Below are positions 7,995-18,300 of a stretch of 64,000 bases of DNA, piece by piece. Under the pieces are notes generated by a model. The model was not told the origin of the DNA and made no database searches. It worked only from the letters and a program-made list of their open reading frames with translations. Position 1 is the first letter of the stretch. Every line of letters begins with the position of its first letter. The position numbers and the translations under genes are program-made. Origin of the DNA: an uncultured Desulfosarcina sp. (GTDB lineage Bacteria > Desulfobacterota > Desulfobacteria > Desulfobacterales > Desulfosarcinaceae); the NCBI GenBank assembly GCA_963674945.2, contig CAXXWQ010000003.1, forward strand, positions 928,001 to 992,000, in the 5' to 3' direction.

Positions 7995-10452
7995 TCAGGA
8001 AACTTGATTTCCTAATTGTTGCATATGGCAAGCAAAACATAATGTAAGTGGTTGAAAAACAGAAAGATAGGAGTCTGAATCCAGCAGGCCGGTAAGGTAT
8101 TGCAACCGGAAAATGAACATGGCACCTTTAACCTTATTATCTTGGCGGATAAATGAAAGGAAAAGGATGCCATGCCTCAACAGATACTACCACTTATTCC
8201 TCGCGGTGCAAGACAAATCAACGGGCTTGTCAGTGTATTTCGTGACGATACGACCTGGACCTATTTTCTATCGACCGTTCCGATTTATTCTCACAGACAA
8301 GGCGATCAACGAATGTTTCGGATGATAACAGCCCAACTGGTTGAATCCGGAGCTTGCCGCCAGATCGATATCCAAAACACATTCGGCGTATCCAAGAGCA
8401 ATGTCATCCGATCCGTGAACAAACTCAGGTCCGGCGGCGCCGAGGCATTTTTCGTTCAGCGGCGGGGACGACGCGGCGGCAAGGTTTTCAAACCTGAGGT
8501 GCTTGAACAAGCCCAACGTTTACTGGATCAAGGGTGCTCGAAAAAAGATGCCGCCCTGGAACTTGGCATTAAATACGATACGTTTCGCAAAGCTATAGAT
8601 GATGGTCGGTTAATCGAATCAAGGATTGGTGAACCGTGTCTAACCAAATCAGATCGGGACATGGTCGACATGGCTGCTGCCGATGGTATGGGGACGGCTT
8701 GCAACCGAGTCGGGGAACGCATATTGGCATCATTGGGCAAAATGGTTGGTGCGCCGGTTCGTTTTGACAGATGCCTGGACGTTCCCAAAGCAGGCGTTCT
8801 TTGTGCGATACCGTCATTGGTGGCAAACGGGTTGTTTACCGGCGCAAAACAGTTCCTCGGCCAAGTCAAAGGCTATTACACGATCTTTCATGTCTTGTTG
8901 CTGCTTTCGTTTATGGCCTTATGCAGGATCAAGACGACAGAAAAAATACGAGGCCATGCTCCGGGAGAATTTGGTAAGTTATTGGGCTTGGATCGTGCAC
9001 CGGAGGTTCGCTGTTTGCGTTACAAGATGGATGCGTTGAGCGCAGACCACGGCGCGGAAAAGTGGGCCGCATACCTCGGTAAATACTGGATGGAACAGGC
9101 GCCCGAATCGGTTGGCGCGCTTTATGTTGACGGGCATGTACGTGTTTATCATGGAAAATTGACCCGACTACCGCGCCGCTACGTGTCCCGGGAACGATTG
9201 TGCATGAGGGGCATTACCGACTATTGGGTTAACGATGCGATTGGCCGACCTTTTTTTGTCGTCGAAAAGCAGATCGATCCTGGATTATTGGCGGTTTTAA
9301 GAGACGATATCGTTCCCCGGTTGTTGCAAGACGTTCCGAATCAACCCGGTTTGCAGCAACTACAAGAGAACCCATGTTTATGCCGGTTCGTTCTTGTTTT
9401 CGACAGGGAAGGATATAGTCCCGCATTCTTCAAGGAAATGTGGGATCGCCATCGAATCGGCTGCATGACGTATCATAAGCATCCTGGTGAATCATGGCCG
9501 GAGCATTGGTTCACCGAGTATGAAGTTGCGATGCCAAACAAAGAGGTGGTGAAGATGCGGCTTTGCGAAATGGGTAGTTTGGTGGGATCTGGTAAGGGTG
9601 CAACATGGATGCGACAAGTGCGAAAACTGACCGATTCCGGACACCAGACCAGCGTAATCAGCACCGCTTTCGATTTGCCGCATACTCAATTGGCAGCACG
9701 CATGTTCAGCCGGTGGTGTCAGGAAAACTTTTTCAACTATATGATGCAACATTTTGATATCGATGTGCTTTTAGATTATGGTGTCGTTGAATTTCCTGAT
9801 ACCGAACGGGTAATCAACCCCGTTTGGCGGCAATTGAATCAATCCCGTAATTCGTTGCAGAACAAGCTACGATATCGTCGTGCCTGTTTTGCCGAGATGA
9901 CCATTCACCCTGAAAATGAAGACAAACCGGTAAAGTTTAAGAAGTGGATAGAGAAAAAGGCCGAGCTGTTAGAAGAAATCGAAAAGATGGAGTATCAACT
10001 CAGCGAGTTGAAAGAAAAACGAAAACAGACAAGTAAACACATCACGTGGGGAGAACTTGAAGCAAAAGATAAATTTTTACGTTTACAACCGGGCAGAAAA
10101 CGCCTGATGGACACGGTTCGTATGATTGCATATCGTGCAGAGACGGCAATGGTTGGGTTGCTCACGGGTCCGACGGTAAACTCGTCGGATGCACGGAGTC
10201 TTCTCCAGACACTGTTCCAGACCGAAGGCGATGTACTGCCCGATATTGAAAATCAGCAATTGAATATACGATTGCACGGCGCTTCGTTCCCAGCGGCCAA
10301 TCGGGCTCTTTGCCAACTGTTTGCGCATCTGAACAGTGCGCAGGTAAAATACCCCGGTACCGAGCTGCAAATGATATTCGAACTAAATGGCTGCAGCACC
10401 TCAAATCATGCCGGAGGTGTCACATAGTTTTCCCGGAGATGCAGTGTTCTGA
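7995..10452 (+). mobile_element. Insertion sequence, 2458 bp, imperfect 18-bp TIRs, 3-bp TSD TCC
   Basis: Left end TCAGGAAACTTGATTTCC vs reverse-complemented right end TCAGAACACTGCATCTCC (13/18); TCC at 7992-7994 and 10453-10455. Confidence 0.85.
8172..10427 (+). CDS. Large DDE-type transposase, 751 aa
   Basis: N-terminal HTHs; YVDGH, VFDREGYS and RWCQENFF acidic motifs; lies inside the TIRs. Confidence 0.8.
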   Translation: MPQQILPLIPRGARQINGLVSVFRDDTTWTYFLSTVPIYSHRQGDQRMFRMITAQLVESGACRQIDIQNTFGVSKSNVIRSVNKLRSGGAEAFFVQRRGRRGGKVFKPEVLEQAQRLLDQGCSKKDAALELGIKYDTFRKAIDDGRLIESRIGEPCLTKSDRDMVDMAAADGMGTACNRVGERILASLGKMVGAPVRFDRCLDVPKAGVLCAIPSLVANGLFTGAKQFLGQVKGYYTIFHVLLLLSFMALCRIKTTEKIRGHAPGEFGKLLGLDRAPEVRCLRYKMDALSADHGAEKWAAYLGKYWMEQAPESVGALYVDGHVRVYHGKLTRLPRRYVSRERLCMRGITDYWVNDAIGRPFFVVEKQIDPGLLAVLRDDIVPRLLQDVPNQPGLQQLQENPCLCRFVLVFDREGYSPAFFKEMWDRHRIGCMTYHKHPGESWPEHWFTEYEVAMPNKEVVKMRLCEMGSLVGSGKGATWMRQVRKLTDSGHQTSVISTAFDLPHTQLAARMFSRWCQENFFNYMMQHFDIDVLLDYGVVEFPDTERVINPVWRQLNQSRNSLQNKLRYRRACFAEMTIHPENEDKPVKFKKWIEKKAELLEEIEKMEYQLSELKEKRKQTSKHITWGELEAKDKFLRLQPGRKRLMDTVRMIAYRAETAMVGLLTGPTVNSSDARSLLQTLFQTEGDVLPDIENQQLNIRLHGASFPAANRALCQLFAHLNSAQVKYPGTELQMIFELNGCSTSNHAGGVT

Positions 10453-10661
10453 TCCTGCTGGAAAACAAGCCAGATGCCCTTTACATAAAACAAAAGGGCT
10501 CTGGCTTTGATATTTTGTTTTCATTCAACGCACAAACTTTTAAGGGCTCAATCACTCCGGAAGCTCATCAAATTTTAACAGATGCTATTGAAAAAGGAAT
10601 TACATTCGAGGAATTGAATATCATGTTCAATACTCCATAAAACTCACGAAAGGACATCATC

Positions 10662-11123
10662 ATGTTGATTATCGATGTTCATCTTGAATGCACAACTGGA
10701 ACGTCGAATAAATTCTGGCATGGGCAAATCCATCTAATAAAAACCACTGAAGGAAAACAAAAATTTAATTTCGACGCCGTATATGGCCGAATCGGAACAT
10801 CAGGAACAACCAACACCAAACAGTTTGCAACCATCTATAAAACGTATGATTACCTGCTTTCCAAAATCAAAGAAAAGGTTAAAAAAGGATATGTTTTTAA
10901 AAGCGATTCGAAAATCAATGAAGGACCGGTTGTAGAACGGAATGCCGATCTTCGAATTGCAACATCACGATTTCTTGCTTCCGCATCGGCGCTCCCTGGA
11001 TGGATCGATTTTACAAGGGCACGAGAAAGTAAAAAATCAGTTGGAACAGACAAGCCCATGGATATGCCATCACCAAAACCAACACAACCCAAAGTCACCA
11101 GAAAACCCTTAATAATCATATAA
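10662..11123 (+). CDS. WGR-domain protein
   Basis: SNKFW...YGRIGTSG...KIKEKVKKGY. Confidence 0.8.
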   Translation: MLIIDVHLECTTGTSNKFWHGQIHLIKTTEGKQKFNFDAVYGRIGTSGTTNTKQFATIYKTYDYLLSKIKEKVKKGYVFKSDSKINEGPVVERNADLRIATSRFLASASALPGWIDFTRARESKKSVGTDKPMDMPSPKPTQPKVTRKPLIII

Positions 11124-11231
11124 TTTTGCATAAAAATCATTGTAATTAGTTACTTCTTTTTACAGCAAATTGAGATTTATTTGGGTACAAACAAACCTTT
11201 TTCACTCATCCCCAAATAAGGAGAATATGTA

Positions 11232-12368
11232 ATGGAATACCGCATCGCATGTAAAGTTTGTGGCCATCTATCCCACAATTTAAGGCCGCATTTTATTGGT
11301 GAGCGCGAACCAAGTTGCACCGTCACTTTGGCCGAGTATCAGAAGCGATATCCCGATGCCTCCATCACCAGCCCGATGTTTGACAAAAAAATGGCCGAGG
11401 TAGCCGCACAGAAGAAAGCAGAAACCTTGGCGGAAGTAGATATCCATCAATTGACTCCGATGGAGTTTCCGCTGAAAAGCACCTTCGGGATCGACATGGG
11501 CATGATGGAAACGATTTTGGGATTCAAGGAACGTCATCCCCTCGTCCCCGAAATTGATCCCGAGTACAAATTCCCGGATGAAGCAACCAAGATCGTTTTG
11601 CTTGGTCTTCACCTGAACAAACCCACTATGGTTCATGGGCCGACGGGTTCAGGAAAGACCACGATGCTTGAACAGATCGCAGCACGGATCAACTATCCGG
11701 TGCTGAGAATCAATCATCACACCGACATGTATTCCTACGATATCGTCGGTCAGAAAGAGATTCGCGAAGGTGAAACCGTTTTCGAATACGGTCCACTTCC
11801 ATTTTCAATGGAACGTCCGATCCTTCTGATCATGGATGAATGGGATGCCATCAACCCTGAAATCGGTATGATGTACCAACCCGTTCTCGAATGCCGGCAT
11901 GACAACCGGCTGGGGAATATCGTCTTAACCGCCGCCGGCGGAAAGAAAGTAACCTCCCACCCGATGTTTCGAATCGTCGCCACATCGAACACTTGCGGGT
12001 TGGGTGATGACAAAGGTCATTACCAAGGGACGCAGATCCAGAATTTGGCCTTCGTATCCCGTTTTCAGTTGAGGGTGAAGCTCGATTACCTGACGGAAGC
12101 GCACGAAAAATCCATCCTCCGGAAAAAATTCCCCGCCCTTTCCGACGATGAGCTGAAAATGCTCACCGAAACCGCCGTGAAAATTCGGGAACAGTATGAA
12201 AGTGGACGGATCGATCTTCCTTATTCCTTACGCGATCTGATCAACTGGGCGGAACTGTACGTTCTTTTGGGAGACGCGAAAAAGGCCATGAACTATTCGT
12301 GTACATCCATTTTGCCATTTCAAGACGCCAAGACCGTAATGGAACTCATCCAACGGATCTGGGGGTAG
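11232..12368 (+). CDS. MoxR/CobS-like AAA+ ATPase with N-terminal Zn-finger-like segment
   Basis: GPTGSGKT, LLIMDEWD, RIVATSNT; CKVC...H at N-terminus. Confidence 0.88.
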   Translation: MEYRIACKVCGHLSHNLRPHFIGEREPSCTVTLAEYQKRYPDASITSPMFDKKMAEVAAQKKAETLAEVDIHQLTPMEFPLKSTFGIDMGMMETILGFKERHPLVPEIDPEYKFPDEATKIVLLGLHLNKPTMVHGPTGSGKTTMLEQIAARINYPVLRINHHTDMYSYDIVGQKEIREGETVFEYGPLPFSMERPILLIMDEWDAINPEIGMMYQPVLECRHDNRLGNIVLTAAGGKKVTSHPMFRIVATSNTCGLGDDKGHYQGTQIQNLAFVSRFQLRVKLDYLTEAHEKSILRKKFPALSDDELKMLTETAVKIREQYESGRIDLPYSLRDLINWAELYVLLGDAKKAMNYSCTSILPFQDAKTVMELIQRIWG

Positions 12369-12399
12369 CATCTGATGCCATCGGGGAACCCCTTCCTCG

Positions 12400-14403
12400 A
12401 TGGCAATAACAAAGGAGATTATCGAGATGATAGCACGTTCTGTTGTAGAAAATATCGCCGCCGCATTGACGAAAAATCATAATCTCAAAGTGTTTTTTCG
12501 TGGCAGCGACTGTTTTGCAACAAAGACAATGATCGTTCTCCCCTCTCTGCCTAAAACCTTACCCGGCAAACTTGTCGAGATGATCCGTGGGTACCTCGAC
12601 CATGAAGTCGGCCACATCGTTTTCACCGATTTCAATATTGTCGAGAAAGCTGCCAGGGAAGGGAGCAAAGACAAGAACGCATTAAAATTTGTCCTCAACT
12701 GCGTCGAGGATATTTATGTTGAACGAAAAATGGCTCTTGTATATCGAGGATGCGGCGTCAACTTCGACAAATCCAGGGATTATACAACCGAAAAGCTGAA
12801 AAAAAGATGGGAAGACCTCCGCGAGAAAGGCACCGACCTGGATGAAGGAGAAGATCCAGTCCTTCGTACACTGATATTTTTCATTTATATTTGCCAAGTC
12901 GGCTGGACCGATCCTTTTGTAGAAGAATACGCTTCCGATATCATGCCATTGCTCGAACATTTGGAACCGGAAATCGAAGCTGCAAAGCTCATTGAATCCA
13001 CCAAAGAATCATACGATCTGGCCAAGAAAATCCTCAAAAAGATTGAAACTTTTTCAATACCTGAACCGATACTGCCCTCTTTTGACGCAAAAGGTTCATC
13101 TGCCGGAGATGGATCATCTGCCGGTGGTTCTGACAGTTCAAGTCATGTCGATGGTGATGCCTATGTACCCGATTCTGAACCAGACGATACGGATTCTTTG
13201 CTTCCCCCCGTACCCGCCAAAGATGGCGATAAAAAATCCGAAGACAAAAAGCCCGACGATGAAAAATCCGACGATGAGGATGACGATGAAGATGAAGATG
13301 AACCTTTAGTTGGAAAACCTGATCCTATCAAAATTGAAAGCGATAAAGATGAGGACAGTGACGGCGACAAAGATGAGGACGATGACGAAGATGAGGATGC
13401 GCCCGGCGATAGTGATGATTCTGATGAAAAAGAAAAGGAAGATCTGGAAAAATTAAGAGAACGCCTTCGAGAATCCCTCGCCTCCGATAAAGAACGGTTC
13501 ATCCCTTCAATGAAGGATGATATTTCAGAGGAATCCAAAAAAGTTAAAGGATATCGCCCTTATTCAACTGAAAAGGACGTATTCAAACCACACCCACTTG
13601 GGAAATTAGAAGTTTATAATGCCATATCGGAAGAACTTAACGGAATCGTCACCACCCTGCGTGGTCGGTTGTCTCGTATTTTACTTTCTCAGAAACGCAG
13701 CCGCTGGGATGGCAACAAGCGCAAAGGTATCCTCAATCCCAGCCAATTACACCAAGTCGTTGCGAAAACATCTGAATCCGTTTACCGGGTCAGAAAAGAT
13801 GGAATCAAACTGTCAACAGCCGTATCCATCCTCATCGATCTTTCTGGTTCAATGGGTAGCAAGATCAGAATAACCCGCGAAACTGCCATTCTACTATCGG
13901 AAACTCTTAACAGAATTTACATTCCATTTGAAATGCTTGGTTTTAGTGGGGATCATGCTTCCATTAAATCCAAAGACATCGATAGAAAGCTATTTTCACG
14001 TTGGGGCAGCTTAGACATGTATTATTTCAAATCGTTTGAAGAAAATTATGGACGTGAACAGAAAGAACGAATTGCAGGCCTGCATGCCCATCGGGAAAAT
14101 TACGATGGAGAAAGCGTATTGTTCGCTGCAAATCGCCTTTTGGCTCGACCTGAACGGAAAAAGATTCTCTTCGTCCTTTCTGATGGTGCTCCATGTGCTG
14201 CCCTTTGCGCCGGAAGTGAAAAATTAGCCCAACATCTTAAAAGCGTCGTCAAAGAACTGGAAAAAAAACCTGGATTGACCTTGTTCGGTTTCGGAATGCT
14301 TACCGACGCTCCGAAACGGTTTTATACAAACCACATCCTTGTGAACAATTTATCCAAATTTCCGGAAGTTCTTATGGCCAATCTTTACAAACAATTGGCT
14401 TAA
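12400..14403 (+). CDS. CobT-like vWA protein with HExxH domain and acidic linker
   Basis: GYLDHEVGHI; D/E-rich tract; MIDAS DLSGSM and LSDGAP. Confidence 0.88.
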   Translation: MAITKEIIEMIARSVVENIAAALTKNHNLKVFFRGSDCFATKTMIVLPSLPKTLPGKLVEMIRGYLDHEVGHIVFTDFNIVEKAAREGSKDKNALKFVLNCVEDIYVERKMALVYRGCGVNFDKSRDYTTEKLKKRWEDLREKGTDLDEGEDPVLRTLIFFIYICQVGWTDPFVEEYASDIMPLLEHLEPEIEAAKLIESTKESYDLAKKILKKIETFSIPEPILPSFDAKGSSAGDGSSAGGSDSSSHVDGDAYVPDSEPDDTDSLLPPVPAKDGDKKSEDKKPDDEKSDDEDDDEDEDEPLVGKPDPIKIESDKDEDSDGDKDEDDDEDEDAPGDSDDSDEKEKEDLEKLRERLRESLASDKERFIPSMKDDISEESKKVKGYRPYSTEKDVFKPHPLGKLEVYNAISEELNGIVTTLRGRLSRILLSQKRSRWDGNKRKGILNPSQLHQVVAKTSESVYRVRKDGIKLSTAVSILIDLSGSMGSKIRITRETAILLSETLNRIYIPFEMLGFSGDHASIKSKDIDRKLFSRWGSLDMYYFKSFEENYGREQKERIAGLHAHRENYDGESVLFAANRLLARPERKKILFVLSDGAPCAALCAGSEKLAQHLKSVVKELEKKPGLTLFGFGMLTDAPKRFYTNHILVNNLSKFPEVLMANLYKQLA

Positions 14404-14494
14404 TTATTGGCCAACAAATTTTTTCAGAAAATTGAGCTTTATATAACAGCAAAAGTTACCCCAATTCATTCAATCCCTAAAAGGAGAAAACATC

Positions 14495-15286
14495 ATGACA
14501 ACAGCAAAAGAAACCGCAGCCACCGCCCCTTGTTTTGGAAAACTCTATGACGAAGCCGCCGATGAATGCAAAAAGTGCAAGATCAACGGCGATTGCAAAA
14601 AGGCTTTCACCCCGGAACCCGAGATGAAAGTAGCCGTTGAAACGGCAGCTCCGGCTCCCGATACCTCCGCACCGGTTGAAACGGCAGCTCCGGTTGTGGA
14701 AGCCACCGTCGTCGAGACGGCACCAGCCGAACTCGAAACCAAGGTTTCAGATGACTTGGAAAAGGAAGCCGCGGAAAAAGAAGCTGAAGCAGCCGTCCTG
14801 GTCGAAGCCGAAACGATTGACACAGGAGCTACCGCACCTTCAACGATCGAAGCAACCGCTCCGATTGATCCCAAGACAGACCTGACGGTTAAAGCCGATC
14901 CGAAAGCCGAAAAACCGGGCAAGAAGGCAACCAAGAAAGCGGCTAAGACCGAGAAAGCTGCCGCCCCGGCTCCCGCTACGGATACCACCGCCCCGGCTAC
15001 AGCACGGGAGCGCACCGCCCTCCGAACCGCAGGCTTTAAAAAGGCCGATGATGGAAAATTCATCCTCACCGGCGACCTGAAGAAAGCCGACCTGATCGTC
15101 AACAAGGGCGATATCGTCAAGATCGTCAACCCCAGGAGCAAGTACAACGGACAGAACTTCGTTATCTCTTGCTACTCGGAAAAGTATGAATGCCTCCGCG
15201 GCACCCAGTCCACAACCAAGCAAAATGCCGATTTCCTCCCGAATCAGATCGAGATAGTCGAACGGGCTGCCAGCGCAACGGCATAA
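14495..15286 (+). CDS. Ala/Thr/Glu-rich protein with N-terminal Cys4 motif
   Basis: AAGGAG RBS; PCFGKLYDEAADECKKCKINGDC; own promoter motif and terminator. Confidence 0.8.
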   Translation: MTTAKETAATAPCFGKLYDEAADECKKCKINGDCKKAFTPEPEMKVAVETAAPAPDTSAPVETAAPVVEATVVETAPAELETKVSDDLEKEAAEKEAEAAVLVEAETIDTGATAPSTIEATAPIDPKTDLTVKADPKAEKPGKKATKKAAKTEKAAAPAPATDTTAPATARERTALRTAGFKKADDGKFILTGDLKKADLIVNKGDIVKIVNPRSKYNGQNFVISCYSEKYECLRGTQSTTKQNADFLPNQIEIVERAASATA

Positions 15287-15301
15287 GAGCACTTATCCCA
15301 T

Positions 15302-15337
15302 GATGCAGGGTCTTCACCGGCCCTGCATCGCTTTTTT
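15302..15337 (+). terminator. Rho-independent terminator
   Basis: GATGCAGGG...CCCTGCATC stem followed by T tract. Confidence 0.7.
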
Positions 15338-15381
15338 GCGTTCTGATTGACATTTTTTTCGTCCTTATAAAAGGAGACAGC

Positions 15382-18300
15382 ATGTTCACTCACCTGCATT
15401 GCCATTGCAGCCACAGCCTGCTCGATGGGTTAGGAAATCCCAAAGCCTGGGTTGAAGCTGCGGTAAAGAAAAAATTCTACGCATTGGCGCTTACCGATCA
15501 CGGTTCATGCAGCGCCGCCCTGGAATTTTACGAGGAAGCCAAGGCAGCCGGTATCATCCCCATTATTGGCTGTGAATTCTACATCACCGACGATCCTGCT
15601 TACCGACCACCCAAAGGCGAACGCATGATCCGTTACCATCTTTTGGTGCTGGCCAAAAACTGGAATGGACTGCAATCGATTTTTCGGCAGCTCACATTGG
15701 CAAACGAACAGATGTATTACAAACCTCTTTTATCGATAGACCAGATTTTCGATTTTAAAGATTGCGTTATCACATCGGCCTGCCTCATGGGCCTGACCGC
15801 TCATCCAAATTACGCCAACATCGTCGCCAAAATGCAGACGGTTTATGGAGACGATTTTTATCTGGAAATCCATCCGCACTGGATCGAAGGTCAGTTCGAA
15901 GCCAATAAACGGGTCGTTGCGCTTCACGAAATGCTCGGGATTAAGCCCGTAGCCGCCAATGACGCCCACTATCCCAACGAGGAGGATACGCTCACCCATG
16001 ACGTTCTGCTGGCCGTCCAGACAAACGCCAAAATCAACCAGGAAGACCGGTTCAGTTTCATCGACGGCGGCATGGCAGGCTTGTATCTGAAGACCGATCA
16101 GGAGATGATCTATTCCTTCAAACCCTGGATTGAATCTGGATATTTCAATGTCGAGTTCCTGCACAAATCCTTTGTTTCAACACAAGAGATCGTCGACAAA
16201 TGCTCGGGATTAGAAATCCCGAAACTTGATTTTGCATTGCCACCTCTCAAACGTCACAAAGTCATGGATGAAGTCGCATTCCTGATGGGGCTTTGCAAAG
16301 AAGGCTGGAAAACCAAAATTGCCGACCGCGGCCTGGATGAAACGGTTTATCTGAAACGCCTCAAGCATGAACTCAGCGTCGTATCAAAGATTGGTGCCAT
16401 CCGATATTTCCTGCTTGGTTGGGATGTCATCGATTATGCCAAGTCGAAATCCATCCTCTGTGGTTTTGGAAGGGGGAGCGTCGGCGGTTCCCTGATTGCC
16501 TATCTGCTCGGGATCACCGCTCTGGACCCGATCGTACATGAATTGTATTTTGAACGATTCCTCCGCGAAGATCGTATCGATATGCCTGATATCGATTTCG
16601 ACTTCTCCGGAGTCGACCGGGACAAGGTTATCAACTACGTCAAGAAGACCTACGGCTCCGGCAATGTCTGCCAGATCAGCACATCATCCTACATGCACGG
16701 AAAATCGGCATTCAGGGACGTTGCACGGGTGTTTTCCATCCCCATTGCCCAAGTCAATGAGATCAGCAAGAAGATCGACAAGGATCTAACTCTGGAGGAG
16801 AACTTTGCCAGCGGCGAGTTGGCCGGGTTTGCCGCAACCCATCCGATTCTCATCAAACATGCAACGCGCCTTGACGGTCAGCTCCGTTCCAAAGGCGTTC
16901 ATGCCGGCGGGATCATTCTGTCGCAAGACGGATTCGATGACCGAGGCGTCCTGGAGAATCGCAAATCCGCCCTCACCATCAACTGGCACATGGGCGAAGT
17001 CGAACATTTCGGCTTGCTCAAGTTTGATTTCCTGGGTTTGAGCAACCTTTCCGTATTGGGCGACACAGCCGCACTGGTCAAAAAACGGACAGGCGTCACG
17101 ATCGATTACTTCTCCATCGTACCCGATGATCCCGACGTTCTGAAGCAATTCTCGGACGGACATACCGCAGGTTTTTTCCAGTTTGAATCATCCGGTTTCA
17201 CCGGGCTATGCCAGAAGCTCGCTCCGATTGAATCCTTTAAGACGCTGGTACACATCAATGCCTTATTTCGCCCTGGACCCTTGGACTCGGGCATGGTGGA
17301 CAGCTACGTCGACCGCTATCACAAATTGGAGGCTGTTTCTTACCTGCACGAAGCTGAAACCAAGATCACCGCAGACACTTTAGGACTACCAATCTTTCAA
17401 GAGGACATTATGCGCCAATTCGTCGATCTGGCCGGGTTCACCTGGCCCGAAGCCGACAATATGCGGAAAATCATCAGCAAATCAAAAGGCGCAGGCCCCC
17501 TGGAGGAAAAGCGCAACACCTTCGTCGAAGGTTGCGTGAAGACAGTCGGCATGGCCGAATCCATTGCCAATGTCATCTATGACAACATTGTTAAGTTTGG
17601 GAGGTATGGTTTCGGAAAAGCCCACGCCGCTTGCTATTCGTATATTGGATATCTCACCGCCTGGGCGAAGCATTATTACCCGGTGGAGTTCATGGCATCC
17701 CTACTTGCTTCTGTCGTCGACGAAGCAGAAACCACCGAAAAATACATCAAGGAAGCCCACCGGCTCGGAATCAAAATCGAAGGACCGAACATCAACCTAT
17801 CCGATGAAAACTGGATGGCGGTTGGTGATCGAATTGTAGCCGGGTTCGCCTCCGTAAAAGGCGTCGGTAAGATCGCAGCCAAAAAGATCGTTACCGGGCG
17901 AGCCATTGGATCTTTTACCTCATTTGAAGATTTCATGGAGAAAACAGAAAGGAGGCAAGTAAATAAGCGAGTAGTTGAATCCATCGCATATGCTGGAGGT
18001 TTTGATCCCATCATGCCTAACACACGATGGATCGTCGAATCTTACCCGATTATAGTCGCCGGGAAAGAATCCCCTCCAGCACCGGAATTGGTTACCGACT
18101 TCGAAGATACGGAGAAATACAGCCAGAAAGCCCAGTATGCCCCGGGCGTTTTCTCCAGTTCGACGATTGAGATCACCGCAGACATGGAGATCCATGACGA
18201 CATCATCGGACTGGTTTCCGAAGAATATTCAAAATGCAAATCATGTCCACTTGGAACAAGCGATAACGCCCCGGTATCCTGGAAATGGTCGTCGAGAAGC

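Larger units (their letters stand above)
7904..10640 (+). pseudogene. 91-aa phage gene split by an IS (7904-7994 joined to 10456-10640)
   Basis: Removing the IS and one TCC copy restores an open frame MNYFVLSANMEI...AFSILLENKPD...FNTP*; GGAGA RBS. Confidence 0.8.

Noticed and set aside
13161..13538. Ser-rich minus-strand ORF and GATGAC/GATGAG micro-repeats
   Set aside because: Mirror of the Asp/Glu-rich coding tract of the CobT-like gene.
11232..14403. Cobalamin biosynthesis (cobS/cobT) call
   Set aside because: No cobN or other cob genes in the window; phage MoxR/vWA pairs are routinely mis-annotated this way.
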